The notes under the pieces were generated by a model. The model had not been told where the DNA came from. It made no database searches and saw only the letters and a program-made list of their open reading frames with translations. The position numbers and the translations under genes are program-made. 64,000 bases of DNA from Tepidisphaera sp. Its GTDB lineage: Bacteria; Planctomycetota; Phycisphaerae; Phycisphaerales; UBA1924. The DNA is taken from contig CP051526.1 of assembly GCA_050916045.1 (NCBI GenBank), positions 864,001-928,000 on the forward strand, in the 5' to 3' direction. How positions within the stretch are numbered: the stretch's first letter is position 1; each line of letters starts with the position of its first letter. Positions 1-9,246 of the stretch are shown piece by piece.

Positions 1-9
1 GGCGTCAAA

Positions 10-729
10 CTAGTTCCAGCTGCATCCCTTGGGGGGTGGGTCGGCACGCTGCAGTTCGGCCCGTTGGATCAGCCGCTCGAGTTTGGCAAGCTCCTCATTG
101 AGGATGCCCGCACGCACCTCGGGGCTTCCTTCTTCCAGGAGCCTGTACCGGAGCTTTCCGTCCTCGATCACGGCCGCGGTCAGGAGTTCCATGAGCGCGG
201 TCGTGGGAACGGCCGGATTTCTGGTGAACTTCAGGATGCTCTGCGCATCGCGGAGGTGGCGAAGGGGCCCCTCGGCAAGCGACGCTTGCACGTGCGCTCG
301 AAGCGGCGTCAGGCGGGCTTCGATCTCGCCCGCGTCGTCGGGGGAAATCCCGACGGGTTCGAGGATCGCTTCGCGGAAGAGATGGTCATCCTGAGGCGGG
401 ATTTCCCGAGCGATTTTCGCGCGGCAGATGCCCTGCACGAGGATGTTGTACCGGCCGTCTTCGAGTTTTTCGTGTCGGGCGATCTGGCCGACGCAAACTG
501 CGGGCATCACCGGGGGCCGGCCGTGGTACTCCTGCCTCCACCGCGACCCGCGGAAGACGGCCATGGCGAACTGCCCCGCGCCGTCGAGGGCGAGGTCGAT
601 CATCTGCCGGTACCGGGGCTCAAAGATGTGAAGGGGGAGGAGCTGCTGGGGCATGAGAGCCACCCGTTCCAAGGGGAACAAGGCGATCGGACGCCCGAAG
701 TGCACCGAGATGGTCTCGCCACCCGACAT
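10..729 (-). CDS. LON peptidase N-terminal (substrate-binding) domain protein, stand-alone
   Basis: Motifs IALFPL, LPLHIFEPRYRQM and DGRYNILVQG; start placed at ATG 729, 7 nt after TAGGAT. Confidence 0.85.
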   Translation of the reverse strand: MSGGETISVHFGRPIALFPLERVALMPQQLLPLHIFEPRYRQMIDLALDGAGQFAMAVFRGSRWRQEYHGRPPVMPAVCVGQIARHEKLEDGRYNILVQGICRAKIAREIPPQDDHLFREAILEPVGISPDDAGEIEARLTPLRAHVQASLAEGPLRHLRDAQSILKFTRNPAVPTTALMELLTAAVIEDGKLRYRLLEEGSPEVRAGILNEELAKLERLIQRAELQRADPPPKGCSWN

Positions 730-885
730 ACCGCCCATCCTAACCGCCAATGGGTCACTTGACCAACTCCCAAGGGGGCCGAAACGGGGCCGGAAACGGT
801 CCGAAAAGCCGGTGCGTGGGCGGTGCATAAGCCAAGCCGGGACAGGTACTTAAGAAAAATCAGGAAAGATCTGCCGAATTCCACC

Positions 886-922
886 AACTTTCGGTTGCAG
901 GGCCGCGGTTTTGGAGTACACT
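886..922 (+). promoter_or_regulatory. Putative sigma70-type promoter of the first PEP-CTERM gene
   Basis: AACTTT-CGG-TTGCAG-N16-TACACT; same layout recurs upstream of the paralog. Confidence 0.55.
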
Positions 923-1023
923 GCGGTCGTCATAGGAGAGACTGTGGCATTGGGCTGTTTCCGCCAGCCCAGTGCCGATCTGGTTGTGTACTGCTCGAAA
1001 GAGCAGAGAGAGGGAGACAAGAG

Positions 1024-1683
1024 ATGAAAACCGTGATTGGTGCGATCGGGGCCGCGATGGCCTTGTCCGGCTCGGCGTTTGCCTTCGTTCCGTGGTCGAA
1101 TACCAACGGGACGGCGGCTTTCTTCAATTGGTCTGGTGGTGGCTCGGACACCGGCCTGTTCGGCAGCCCCGTGCTCGTGGGTGGCGACACCTTCGTGTTC
1201 TTCCCCTCGGGTTTCCGGGCGGAATCGAACAACGGCGTGGCTGGGACGGCCTACGACCGCCTCGAAGTTCAGGTTGATGCGCACGCTGGCTTCTCGTTCT
1301 CCGACATCCGGATCACCGAATACGGGGATTACGGGATCATCGGTTCGGGCGAGGTGTCGGTCGGCGGCACGCTCTTCGTGACCGACCTGACGACGTTCAA
1401 CGTCTACACGGACAACCTGCTCTCCAACCCGGGCTCGCCGATCACGTCGGGCATCGGTAACTGGAGCGCGACGGCTGGCGTGAACGTGGGCGCCGCGAAC
1501 GCGACGAGCCTGCGGATCGTCCTGAACAACAACCTGTTCGCGATCACGGACGGTTCGTCCGTGGCTTGGATTGAGAAGAAAGTGTTCGGCCACGCGGTCG
1601 GCATTCAGATCATCCCGACCCCCGGGACGATCGCGATCGCCGGTCTGGGTGCTTTGGCGATGGGTCGCCGTCGTCGGGGCTGA
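1024..1683 (+). CDS. PEP-CTERM-like (IPTPG) exosortase-sorted surface protein
   Basis: GGAG SD, signal peptide MKTVIGAIG...AFA, C-terminal IPTPG-hydrophobic-RRRR. Confidence 0.85.
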   Translation: MKTVIGAIGAAMALSGSAFAFVPWSNTNGTAAFFNWSGGGSDTGLFGSPVLVGGDTFVFFPSGFRAESNNGVAGTAYDRLEVQVDAHAGFSFSDIRITEYGDYGIIGSGEVSVGGTLFVTDLTTFNVYTDNLLSNPGSPITSGIGNWSATAGVNVGAANATSLRIVLNNNLFAITDGSSVAWIEKKVFGHAVGIQIIPTPGTIAIAGLGALAMGRRRRG

Positions 1684-1774
1684 GACGGGCTCGTCGAGAA
1701 GGTGTGATTGGGCTCTGGACGGTAAACAGGTCTCGAAACCACGTGTGGCATCACAAAAGTTTTCGAAAATCGGG

Positions 1775-1812
1775 AACTTTTGGGTTGTAGTGGCGAAGGA
1801 TCTGAGTACACT
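1775..1812 (+). promoter_or_regulatory. Putative sigma70-type promoter of the second PEP-CTERM gene
   Basis: AACTTT-TGGG-TTGTAG-N16-TACACT. Confidence 0.55.
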
Positions 1813-1902
1813 CAGGGTGAGGAAGAGCGGTTCTGCTCGGTTCGGGCTATCCTGCTCGCGCCTGGTGGGCTGAAAGAGTTGTTCCAGAGATCGAAGGAGA
1901 GG

Positions 1903-2565
1903 ATGAATATGCAGAAGATGAACTTTGTGATTGCGGGCTTGGGTCTGCTGGCTGCGGCCGGCTCGGCCCACGCGTTTGTGCCGTGGGCGAACCCCAACGG
2001 CGTCGGCGCGTTCTTCACGTGGTCGGGTGGCGGTTCGGACAACGGGCTCTTCGGCAGCCCGCTGCTCACGAACGGCGGGCAGAGCTTCGTGTTCTTCCCG
2101 TCCAACTTCCGCGCTCAGTCGGCCAACGGCGGCGCCGCTCAGGTGAGCGATCGCCTCGAGGTCACGCTCGAAGCCTTCCAGGGCTTCTCGTTCGACCAGA
2201 TCCACATCCAGGAGTTCGGTGACTACGGCATCGTCAACGGTGGCCGCGTGGTTGCGAACATGGGTCTCTTCGTCACCGACCTGAACACGTTCCGGGTCGC
2301 GACGGACAACGAGTCGTTCGACACCAGCACGAACGCTCTCGCCAACTGGAACCTCCAGGCCTCGACGCTCCTGTCGTCCTGGATTCCCCCGGCGAACAAG
2401 ATCCAGATCGTCCTCAACAACAACCTGATCGCCATCAGCAACGGTCAGGGCTCGGTCGCCTTCATCGAGAAGAAGGTCGCCGGCATCATCATCACGGTCC
2501 CGACCCCCGGCTCGCTCGCCCTCATGGGCCTCGGTGGTCTGGTCGCGATGCGTCGCCGCCGCTAA
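1903..2565 (+). CDS. PEP-CTERM-like (VPTPG) surface protein, tandem paralog of 1024..1683
   Basis: Signal peptide; shares FVPW, WSGGGSDxGLFGSP, GDYGI and IVLNNNL blocks; ends VPTPG-TM-RRRR. Confidence 0.85.
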   Translation: MNMQKMNFVIAGLGLLAAAGSAHAFVPWANPNGVGAFFTWSGGGSDNGLFGSPLLTNGGQSFVFFPSNFRAQSANGGAAQVSDRLEVTLEAFQGFSFDQIHIQEFGDYGIVNGGRVVANMGLFVTDLNTFRVATDNESFDTSTNALANWNLQASTLLSSWIPPANKIQIVLNNNLIAISNGQGSVAFIEKKVAGIIITVPTPGSLALMGLGGLVAMRRRR

Positions 2566-2593
2566 GCCGGTCGACGATCCGTCAAGATTCTCA

Positions 2594-2630
2594 AACATCG
2601 CCGCGACTCTGTCGCGGCGATGTTCTTTTT
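2594..2630 (+). terminator. Rho-independent terminator
   Basis: 14-bp stem AACATCGCCGCGAC/GTCGCGGCGATGTT followed by a T-run. Confidence 0.8.
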
Positions 2631-2751
2631 CCGCCTTGCGTTTTCTGGTCGGTGCTCCAACGTCAAAGCCTGCGCGCGGAGCTTCGCGACTCGCGGGCCG
2701 AGCGTCACGCTCGTCACGGATTCAGCTGCGAATCAAGCGTGCGGCGGTTGA

Positions 2752-3801
2752 TCAGCGGAGAGCGGGGACCGCGCCCATCGCGGCGGCGACCCGGTCGATC
2801 GCGGCTTGGATCATGTCCGTGCTGACGTCGAGGTGGCAGACGGCGCGGATGCGGCGCGGGCCGTTGGGAAGCACGCGGACGCCGGTGTTCTCAAGCTTCT
2901 TGCAGAGCTCCGGAGCGGTCATCCCCGTCGAGGCTTCGAGATCGAAGAAGACCATGTTCGTCTGCACGGCGTGGAGGTCGACGATGAGCCCGGGGATGCG
3001 AGCGAGGCCCTCGGCCAAGCGGCGGGCGTTGTGGTGATCTTCGATCAGCCGGTCGCGGTGATGGTCGAGCGCGAACTGTGCCGCGGCGGCGAGAATGCCT
3101 GATTGACGCATCGCGCCGCCGAACATCTTGCGGAAGCGGTGCACGCGGAAGATCGTGGCTTCGCTTCCGGCGACGGCGGATCCTGCGGGAGCGCCCAGAC
3201 CCTTCGAAAAGCAGCAGGAAATCGTGTCGAAATGCGAGGCGTATTCCGCCGGCGAGACTCCCGTGGCGGCGCAGGCGTTCCACAACCGAGCCCCGTCGAG
3301 GTGGCAGAGCAGGCCGAGCTCGCGAGCTCGCGTGGTGACGCGTTTGATCTGCTCGAGGGGCCAGATCGTCCCGCCGCCGCGGTTGTGGGTGTTCTCGATG
3401 ACCAGGAGCCTGCTTCGCGCGAAGTGGGCGGAGTGCGGCCGGACGGCTTCCTCAAGCTGTTCGACGTCGAAGAGGCCGCCGGGGCCTGCGAGGCCTCGGA
3501 TCATGACGCCTGAGAGCGCGGCGGGGGCGCCGGTCTCGTAGTGGATGATGTGGCTTCCTTCGTGGCAGATGACCTCATCGCCGGGCTCGGTCTGGGCGCG
3601 GATGGCGGTCTGGTTGGCCATGGAGCCCGAGGGGACGAAGCACGAAGCGGGCTTGCCGAGGAGTCGCGCGAAGGTCTCCTGCAGGCGAATGACGGTCGGG
3701 TCGTCGCCGAGCACGTCGTCGCCCACGACGGCTTCCGCGATGACGCGGCGCATGGCGGCGGTGGGCTTGGTCACGGTGTCGCTTCGGAGGTCGATGAGCA
3801 T
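2752..3801 (-). CDS. ltaE: Low-specificity L-threonine aldolase
   Basis: IDLRSDTVTKPT, ENTHNRGGG, HLDGARLWNA, CFSKGLGAP (PLP lysine). Confidence 0.93.
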   Translation of the reverse strand: MLIDLRSDTVTKPTAAMRRVIAEAVVGDDVLGDDPTVIRLQETFARLLGKPASCFVPSGSMANQTAIRAQTEPGDEVICHEGSHIIHYETGAPAALSGVMIRGLAGPGGLFDVEQLEEAVRPHSAHFARSRLLVIENTHNRGGGTIWPLEQIKRVTTRARELGLLCHLDGARLWNACAATGVSPAEYASHFDTISCCFSKGLGAPAGSAVAGSEATIFRVHRFRKMFGGAMRQSGILAAAAQFALDHHRDRLIEDHHNARRLAEGLARIPGLIVDLHAVQTNMVFFDLEASTGMTAPELCKKLENTGVRVLPNGPRRIRAVCHLDVSTDMIQAAIDRVAAAMGAVPALR

Positions 3802-4026
3802 GGACAGATGTTATACGAACTGGCCGCGCGGATCATGCCCCGTTCGGGCGGGTGACGGATGTTCGGGAGAGCCCGAAAGCCCGTTCGGTATTGGCGGCGG
3901 CGTGTCGCCGGATTGCCTGTCACCGTGCCTGTCACCTTGGCTGCCGCGGCAGCAAACGCGAGACGAAAACGACAGGCGAGTGAGCGTGGGAGAGCCTGAA
4001 ATTGCCCAAGGGCCCGGCGAATGAGC

Positions 4027-4042
4027 TTGGCACGCGGGTTGC
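4027..4042 (+). promoter_or_regulatory. sigma54 (-24/-12) promoter upstream of Hsp20
   Basis: TTGGCACG-CGGG-TTGC with exact GG-N10-GC spacing. Confidence 0.7.
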
Positions 4043-4122
4043 CGTTCTTCCTGGTGCCCGCGAGAAGCGGAACGCCGCGGGGTGCGGCGAACCGCTGGGT
4101 GCGGTGAAGAAGGAGAAATGGC

Positions 4123-4557
4123 ATGAACAACCTCGGCAAGTACGAATCTCGACCGACTCTGATTCCCATCTCGAAGTTCCTCGAGTCCGTGTTCTCGGAT
4201 CCGTTCTTCACGGTCTCGGCCAACGGCGTCGACGAGGGAGCTCTCGCGCTGGACATCTCGGAGGATTCCAAGCACGTGATCGTTCGCGCGAGCCTGCCCG
4301 GGTTCACGAAGGAGAACATCGAGGCGGAGGTGCATGACGGCGTGCTGACGATCAAAGCGACGCAGTCCGAACAGAGCGAGGAGAAGAGCGAACGCTTCTA
4401 TCGCAAAGAGCGACGGTTCGGCTCGGTCTCGCGGCGCGTGGCGCTGCCGTGCGCGGTGACGGAAGCCGAAGCCAAAGCCGAGTTCATCAACGGCGTGCTC
4501 ACCCTGCGGCTTCCCAAGAGCGTCAAGGACGCGCCTCGGAAGGTCGCGATCAACTAA
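4123..4557 (+). CDS. Small heat-shock protein, Hsp20/alpha-crystallin family
   Basis: LPGF, ERRFGSVSRRVALP, AEFINGVLTLRLPK; AAGGAG SD. Confidence 0.93.
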   Translation: MNNLGKYESRPTLIPISKFLESVFSDPFFTVSANGVDEGALALDISEDSKHVIVRASLPGFTKENIEAEVHDGVLTIKATQSEQSEEKSERFYRKERRFGSVSRRVALPCAVTEAEAKAEFINGVLTLRLPKSVKDAPRKVAIN

Positions 4558-4607
4558 GACGCGTTTCCCGTCTCCGGGGCGTCGCCGCAACGCGGCGGCT
4601 CCTACGT

Positions 4608-4645
4608 GCCGGCCGAGTGTCAAACACTCGGCCGGCCTCGTTTTT
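4608..4645 (+). terminator. Rho-independent terminator
   Basis: 13-bp stem GCCGGCCGAGTGT/ACACTCGGCCGGC plus T-run. Confidence 0.7.
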
Positions 4646-6000
4646 CAGGCGGATCGCCGGACCTCTCGCATCGACGTTCCCATCGAGCGGTTCAGCCAGA
4701 CGAACCCGGCGCAGCCCAGGGCGCTTATGACGATGCTGGAGCACAGCACGATCGCGCCCGGCTCGAGCCCGGTGAGCGGGACGCCGTCCTGGTCACAGAG
4801 CGCGTTGTAGAAGTGCACCGCGACAAGCGGCGCGAGCAGCCCGCGGACGCCGTTGAGGGTCACGTGCGTCGCCATGTAGTGGGAGGTCTGCGAGGGCGGG
4901 GCAAAGTCCACGTGGCCGAGGTTCCATGCGAGCGACCCGCCGCCGACCGCGATCCCCAGCACCGCCGAGCCCGCGTAGAGATACGGCAGCGAGTGCCACG
5001 CCATCCCCATCGCGAGCAGGATCGACGCGATGATGAACGTCCAGCCGTGGATCGCGCGGAACCGCACGACGTGCGAGCGGTTGAGAATCCGGGCCCAGAA
5101 CGGCACCGTGATGGGCATCAGCAGGTACGGGATCGTCGTCGTGATCGCGATGCTCGTCGCGTACGCCCGGTCGCCAAGGTCCATCCGCGACGCCATGAAG
5201 ATCACGAGCACCGGCGCGATCATCAGGTTCCCGAACCCAAGCAGGAACATGAAGAGCATGAACTGGGCGAACCGGGGGTCCTTGCGGAGCACCATGAGCG
5301 TCGACGCGAACCCCATCCACGGACGCATGACGCCCGCCGCGGGGGCCGTCGCCCGCTCCGCCGCCAACAGAGCCCGCTCGCCCCGCACCCGCAGCTTGCC
5401 GTAGAAGATCAGCCCGATGAAGGCCACCGCGGCCAGCGAGGGGGCGATCCAGTGGTAGCTTTCCAGGTCGTGGTCCATCGCCGCGCCGATGCCAAGCCCG
5501 AGCACCGCCATCGACACCTGCGTGATGATCGAAAGCCTGCCGACCAGCGTCGCGCGGAAGTGGGGGGGATAGTTCGCCCGCCACACCGCCGTCCGAAGCG
5601 TCACGATCCCCGACCAGAAAATCCGGGCCAGAAGCACCAGAGCCAGCGTGCCCCACAAGCCCGCCGGCGAGACGGGCATAAGCGCGATCGCCGCGACGGC
5701 GAGCACCAGCCCGAGTTGCAAGCCGTTGATGAACCGGATCTTCGGCTTGGCGTGGCTTGCCGCGATCCAGCCGAAAGAGATGAGGTTTGCGATCTCTCCC
5801 GCGCCGGCGGCGAGCGCGACGGCGAGGTTGTGCCAGCGCTCGCCCGCTTGTCCGGCGAAGGTCTGCTTGAGCAGAGCGGCGATCGTGCCACCCTCGATGA
5901 ACGCGAGGGCGGCGGAGAGAAAGAGCATCGTCGCCGCTTCGTAGAGAAACGAACGCCTGGAGAGTCGGGAAAGGTAGTTGGACGCGGGGTCGACGCTCAC
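4645..6000 (-). CDS. MFS transporter
   Basis: About 12 hydrophobic segments; NYPPHFRATLVG and YMATHVTLNGVRG motifs. Confidence 0.8.
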   Translation of the reverse strand: MSVDPASNYLSRLSRRSFLYEAATMLFLSAALAFIEGGTIAALLKQTFAGQAGERWHNLAVALAAGAGEIANLISFGWIAASHAKPKIRFINGLQLGLVLAVAAIALMPVSPAGLWGTLALVLLARIFWSGIVTLRTAVWRANYPPHFRATLVGRLSIITQVSMAVLGLGIGAAMDHDLESYHWIAPSLAAVAFIGLIFYGKLRVRGERALLAAERATAPAAGVMRPWMGFASTLMVLRKDPRFAQFMLFMFLLGFGNLMIAPVLVIFMASRMDLGDRAYATSIAITTTIPYLLMPITVPFWARILNRSHVVRFRAIHGWTFIIASILLAMGMAWHSLPYLYAGSAVLGIAVGGGSLAWNLGHVDFAPPSQTSHYMATHVTLNGVRGLLAPLVAVHFYNALCDQDGVPLTGLEPGAIVLCSSIVISALGCAGFVWLNRSMGTSMREVRRSA

Positions 6001-7115
6001 GGGTTGGGGACGGTAGCCGGTCGCGCCGGGGTGTCACGCGTCGCGAGGGATTCGAGCCGTTCGAGCAGGCGTTCCAAAGCGACGCGGGCCGGGATCTCGG
6101 GCGGTCGCGAGCGCTGGTCGGTTCGCGACGGGATCGCTTCGAGCGCCCGGGCGAGTTCCTCACGAGAGGTCCAGCATGCTCCCGATTCCGGCGTCTGAAG
6201 CAGTTCGGCACCGGGAGCGGACGCCGAAGCGATCACCGGCGTGCCCAGAGCGATCGCGTCCGCGATCCACCGGCCGCTTTGCCCGCCCCGCGGCGGGGGG
6301 AACTGAGTCGGTGGCGCGAGCACGACGTCCGAGCCGGCGACGATCGACGGCATGGATCGGGTCAGCGTGATCGCACGCACTCCTTGAAGGCCGGCTTGGG
6401 TCGCGAGCCGCGTGACCGTGTGCGGGCGCGGCGTCGCGATCAGGATCGTCATCGCTCGCCCGGCGACGGAGGCGGCGAGGTCGCCGAGGTACGGGCCGAT
6501 GATCTTGGGATCGACCTCGGGAAGCGACAGGGTCGCGAGCGTTTCCGTGATGCCAAGCCGCTCACGGACGCTTGCCGCGTCTCGCCGCGCCCGTTCGGCG
6601 GCTTGCGGCGTCAGGGTCGAAACCCGAGGCAGGACGTGGTCGCTGGCACCCTTGCCCGGGCCGAAAGTGAGCGCCGCGGGAGATCGCGCACGCGCACGCC
6701 ACGCCGACCATGCTTCGAATCCGATCCATGGATGGTGGCTGAGCTCCAGTGCCAGCGAGACGGGCCGCAGGTCGCGGATCAGCCTGCGGGCGACCTGGAG
6801 CGGAGAGGGATCGACCGGAAGCCAGAGGTCCCCGGCGACCAGCGGCGTCAGCGAGAGCACCGTCGCCCCCGTGCGGGCACGGCGAGCCGCGATGAGCTTG
6901 TGGAATCGCCCCGGATGGGCTCCGAGGTGGATGCGGTCGCGGCGAGCGATATGGACCGGGGCGCCGAAAGCTGACGGGTCGGCGACTTCGGTCCCGTCCA
7001 GGACGAGCTCAACCTCGTGCCCGCGGTCGGCGAGGCCGCGAGCGAGCGTGACGGCCCACCACGCGGGCGTCCAGGGCATGTCGCGGACGAAGTTGGCGGC
7101 GAGGAGGAATCGCAT
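5997..7115 (-). CDS. Glycosyltransferase family 4-like (GT-B) protein, divergent
   Basis: LARGLADRGHEV at the N-terminus and DAIALGTPVIAS at the C-terminus; stop overlaps the MFS start. Confidence 0.6.
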   Translation of the reverse strand: MRFLLAANFVRDMPWTPAWWAVTLARGLADRGHEVELVLDGTEVADPSAFGAPVHIARRDRIHLGAHPGRFHKLIAARRARTGATVLSLTPLVAGDLWLPVDPSPLQVARRLIRDLRPVSLALELSHHPWIGFEAWSAWRARARSPAALTFGPGKGASDHVLPRVSTLTPQAAERARRDAASVRERLGITETLATLSLPEVDPKIIGPYLGDLAASVAGRAMTILIATPRPHTVTRLATQAGLQGVRAITLTRSMPSIVAGSDVVLAPPTQFPPPRGGQSGRWIADAIALGTPVIASASAPGAELLQTPESGACWTSREELARALEAIPSRTDQRSRPPEIPARVALERLLERLESLATRDTPARPATVPNP

Positions 7116-7300
7116 CCGTACAGGCTGCAAACATCGGTCGGCGGGGGGTGGTCGCGGGAGAGATTCTGGCCGGGGGCGGAGCCGGCGAGGGCAGGTCCCG
7201 AAACCCACCCGGACGAAACCCTTGAAAAGCTGAACCCATGAACCCTTGGATCGGTACGATACATGGATCAGGGGTGGTGCAGGGTCGCAAGGAGCAGGAC

Positions 7301-9079
7301 ATGAGCGAAATCACGCGTGTGGTGCGAGCGGCGGGGCGGCGGCTTTTCCTCATGGAACTGCTGAAGGCTCTGGTGCTGTCCGTGTTCATCGCGCTCAGCC
7401 TGATGGTGGTGCTGCGGATCGTGCAGCAGTCGTTCGGCTTGGCGATCGAGTGGCGGACGGTGATGATCCTTGCGGGCTCGATCGCGGCGGCGGGGACGCT
7501 GGTCTGGAGCTTGGTCGCGCGTCCGCGTGAGCTGGACTCGGCCCGGGTGCTTGATGAGCGGGCGGGCCTGCGCGAGTCGCTGAGCACCGCCCTCACCATC
7601 GGCACGCCCAAGGAAGCCTGGTCGCAGCTTGTCGTCGAGACCGCCCGGCAGAAAGCCGCTTCGGTCAAGGTCGGCGATGCGATTCCGATCGAAGCGCCCA
7701 AGCGCTGGCACTGGCCGCTGGCGGCGGCGCTGGCTTTGGGCATTGCGTGGTCGCTCCCGACCTGGGACCTCCTGGGCACCAAAGCCAAGCGTGAAGAGGA
7801 AGCCAATCGGGCCAAGGAAGTGATCGCGGTCAAGACCGAGATCAATGAGAACAAGAAGAAGCTCGATGAGCTTCTCGCCAAGGTCGCCCCCGAACTCAAG
7901 AGCGAACAGACCGACCCGAGCAAAGCCGAAGAGGTCGCGCCCTCGGCCTTGCAGAAGCCTGAGCAGATGCGGGCTTCGGAGATCAAGCGCCTCACGGACC
8001 TTTCCGAGAAGCTCGCGGCCAAAGCGGGCGGCGAGAAGGGCCTCCAGATGGACGCTCTCAAGAACATGATGGCCCAGCTCAAGCATCCGGGCGACAGCCC
8101 GATGAATGAGCTCTTTAAGTCGCTTTCGAAGGGCGATTTCTCCGGGGCCAACGAGGCGCTCAATGAGATGAAGGCCCAGCTCGCCAAAAACGAGATGACG
8201 CCCGAGGAGAAGGAAAAGCTCGCCAAAGCCATGGAAAAGCTCGCTGAGCAGATCCAGAAGCAGGCCGACGCCGCCAAGGACATCGCCAAAGCCCTCGAGC
8301 AGGCCGGGGCCGATCCCCAGCAGGCTCAGGAAATGGCCAAGCAGCTCGCCGCCAACCCCGACATGATCAAGAAGGCCCTGGAAGCCATGAAGAACCTCAC
8401 GCCCGAACAGCGTGAGAAGCTCGCCAAGGAAATGGCCGCGAAAGCCAAAGCCGCTCAGAAGGCTTCCCAGATGGCCAAGTCCATGAGCCAGTGCTCCGGC
8501 TCCATGCAGGAAGGCGAGATGGGCGAAGCGTCCGACGCCATGTCCGAGATGGCCGGTGAGCTTTCCGAGATGGAGATGACCGAAGCCGAACTGCAGGCGA
8601 TGGACCGGGCGCTCAAGGAGTGCCAGTCTCAGCTCGCGGGCATGTGCAACGGTGATGGCGAGGGAGAAGGCGAGAGCGAAGGTTGGAATCAGCAGGAAGG
8701 CGAGTGGAAGGAAGGCGACAGCAACCGCATGGGCAAGGGCGGCAAGGGCGGCGGCCCCGGCAAGGGCGAAGGAAAGCGCGAAGGCCAGACCCCCACCGAA
8801 TTCGCCACCGAGCAGCAGAAGATCAAGACCAAGACCGGTAAGGGACCGATCATCGGCAAGCAGTACGTCAAGGGCGAGCAGATCGTCGGCGAGTCCGCCG
8901 CCGAGTACGCCGAAGCCGTCGACGCCAGCGGGAAAGCCGCCGCCGAAGCCCTCTCCAACGGCGAGGTGCCCCCGGAGTTGCGGAAGACGGTGCAGTCGTA
9001 CTTCGGTGCTCTCAAGAAGCAGACGGAGAAGAAGGATGGAGCGAAGCCGGCCGATGCCAAGCCGGAAGAGAAGAAGTAA
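7301..9079 (+). CDS. Membrane-anchored long coiled-coil protein of unknown function
   Basis: AAGGAG SD; N-terminal TMs with LDERAGLRESLSTAL; K/E/Q/M-rich coiled coil; Gly-rich segment; VPPELRKTVQSYF tail. Confidence 0.75.
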   Translation: MSEITRVVRAAGRRLFLMELLKALVLSVFIALSLMVVLRIVQQSFGLAIEWRTVMILAGSIAAAGTLVWSLVARPRELDSARVLDERAGLRESLSTALTIGTPKEAWSQLVVETARQKAASVKVGDAIPIEAPKRWHWPLAAALALGIAWSLPTWDLLGTKAKREEEANRAKEVIAVKTEINENKKKLDELLAKVAPELKSEQTDPSKAEEVAPSALQKPEQMRASEIKRLTDLSEKLAAKAGGEKGLQMDALKNMMAQLKHPGDSPMNELFKSLSKGDFSGANEALNEMKAQLAKNEMTPEEKEKLAKAMEKLAEQIQKQADAAKDIAKALEQAGADPQQAQEMAKQLAANPDMIKKALEAMKNLTPEQREKLAKEMAAKAKAAQKASQMAKSMSQCSGSMQEGEMGEASDAMSEMAGELSEMEMTEAELQAMDRALKECQSQLAGMCNGDGEGEGESEGWNQQEGEWKEGDSNRMGKGGKGGGPGKGEGKREGQTPTEFATEQQKIKTKTGKGPIIGKQYVKGEQIVGESAAEYAEAVDASGKAAAEALSNGEVPPELRKTVQSYFGALKKQTEKKDGAKPADAKPEEKK

Positions 9080-9120
9080 TCTCCGCCGGAACGACCCGGA
9101 CGCGGCATGAAACTGTGCAC

Positions 9121-9150
9121 AAAACCCCGTGGAAAGCGGGGTTTTTTCTT
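9121..9150 (+). terminator. Rho-independent terminator (possibly bidirectional)
   Basis: AAAACCCCG...CGGGGTTTTTT. Confidence 0.8.
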
Positions 9151-9246
9151 GGAGGCATCCGGGACGCCGTTCTCGCGGTCACGGCTTCGATCGTCTCAGG
9201 ACGCGTGGCGGCGGATCCCCAAGCCGCACGGTTCGGAGGCCGCTCC

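Noticed and set aside
3860..4010. Tandem GGGAGAG motifs near threonine aldolase resembling a glycine riboswitch
   Set aside because: They are on the opposite strand from the ltaE leader, lack the CCGAAG and CTCTCAGG elements, and ltaE appears leaderless
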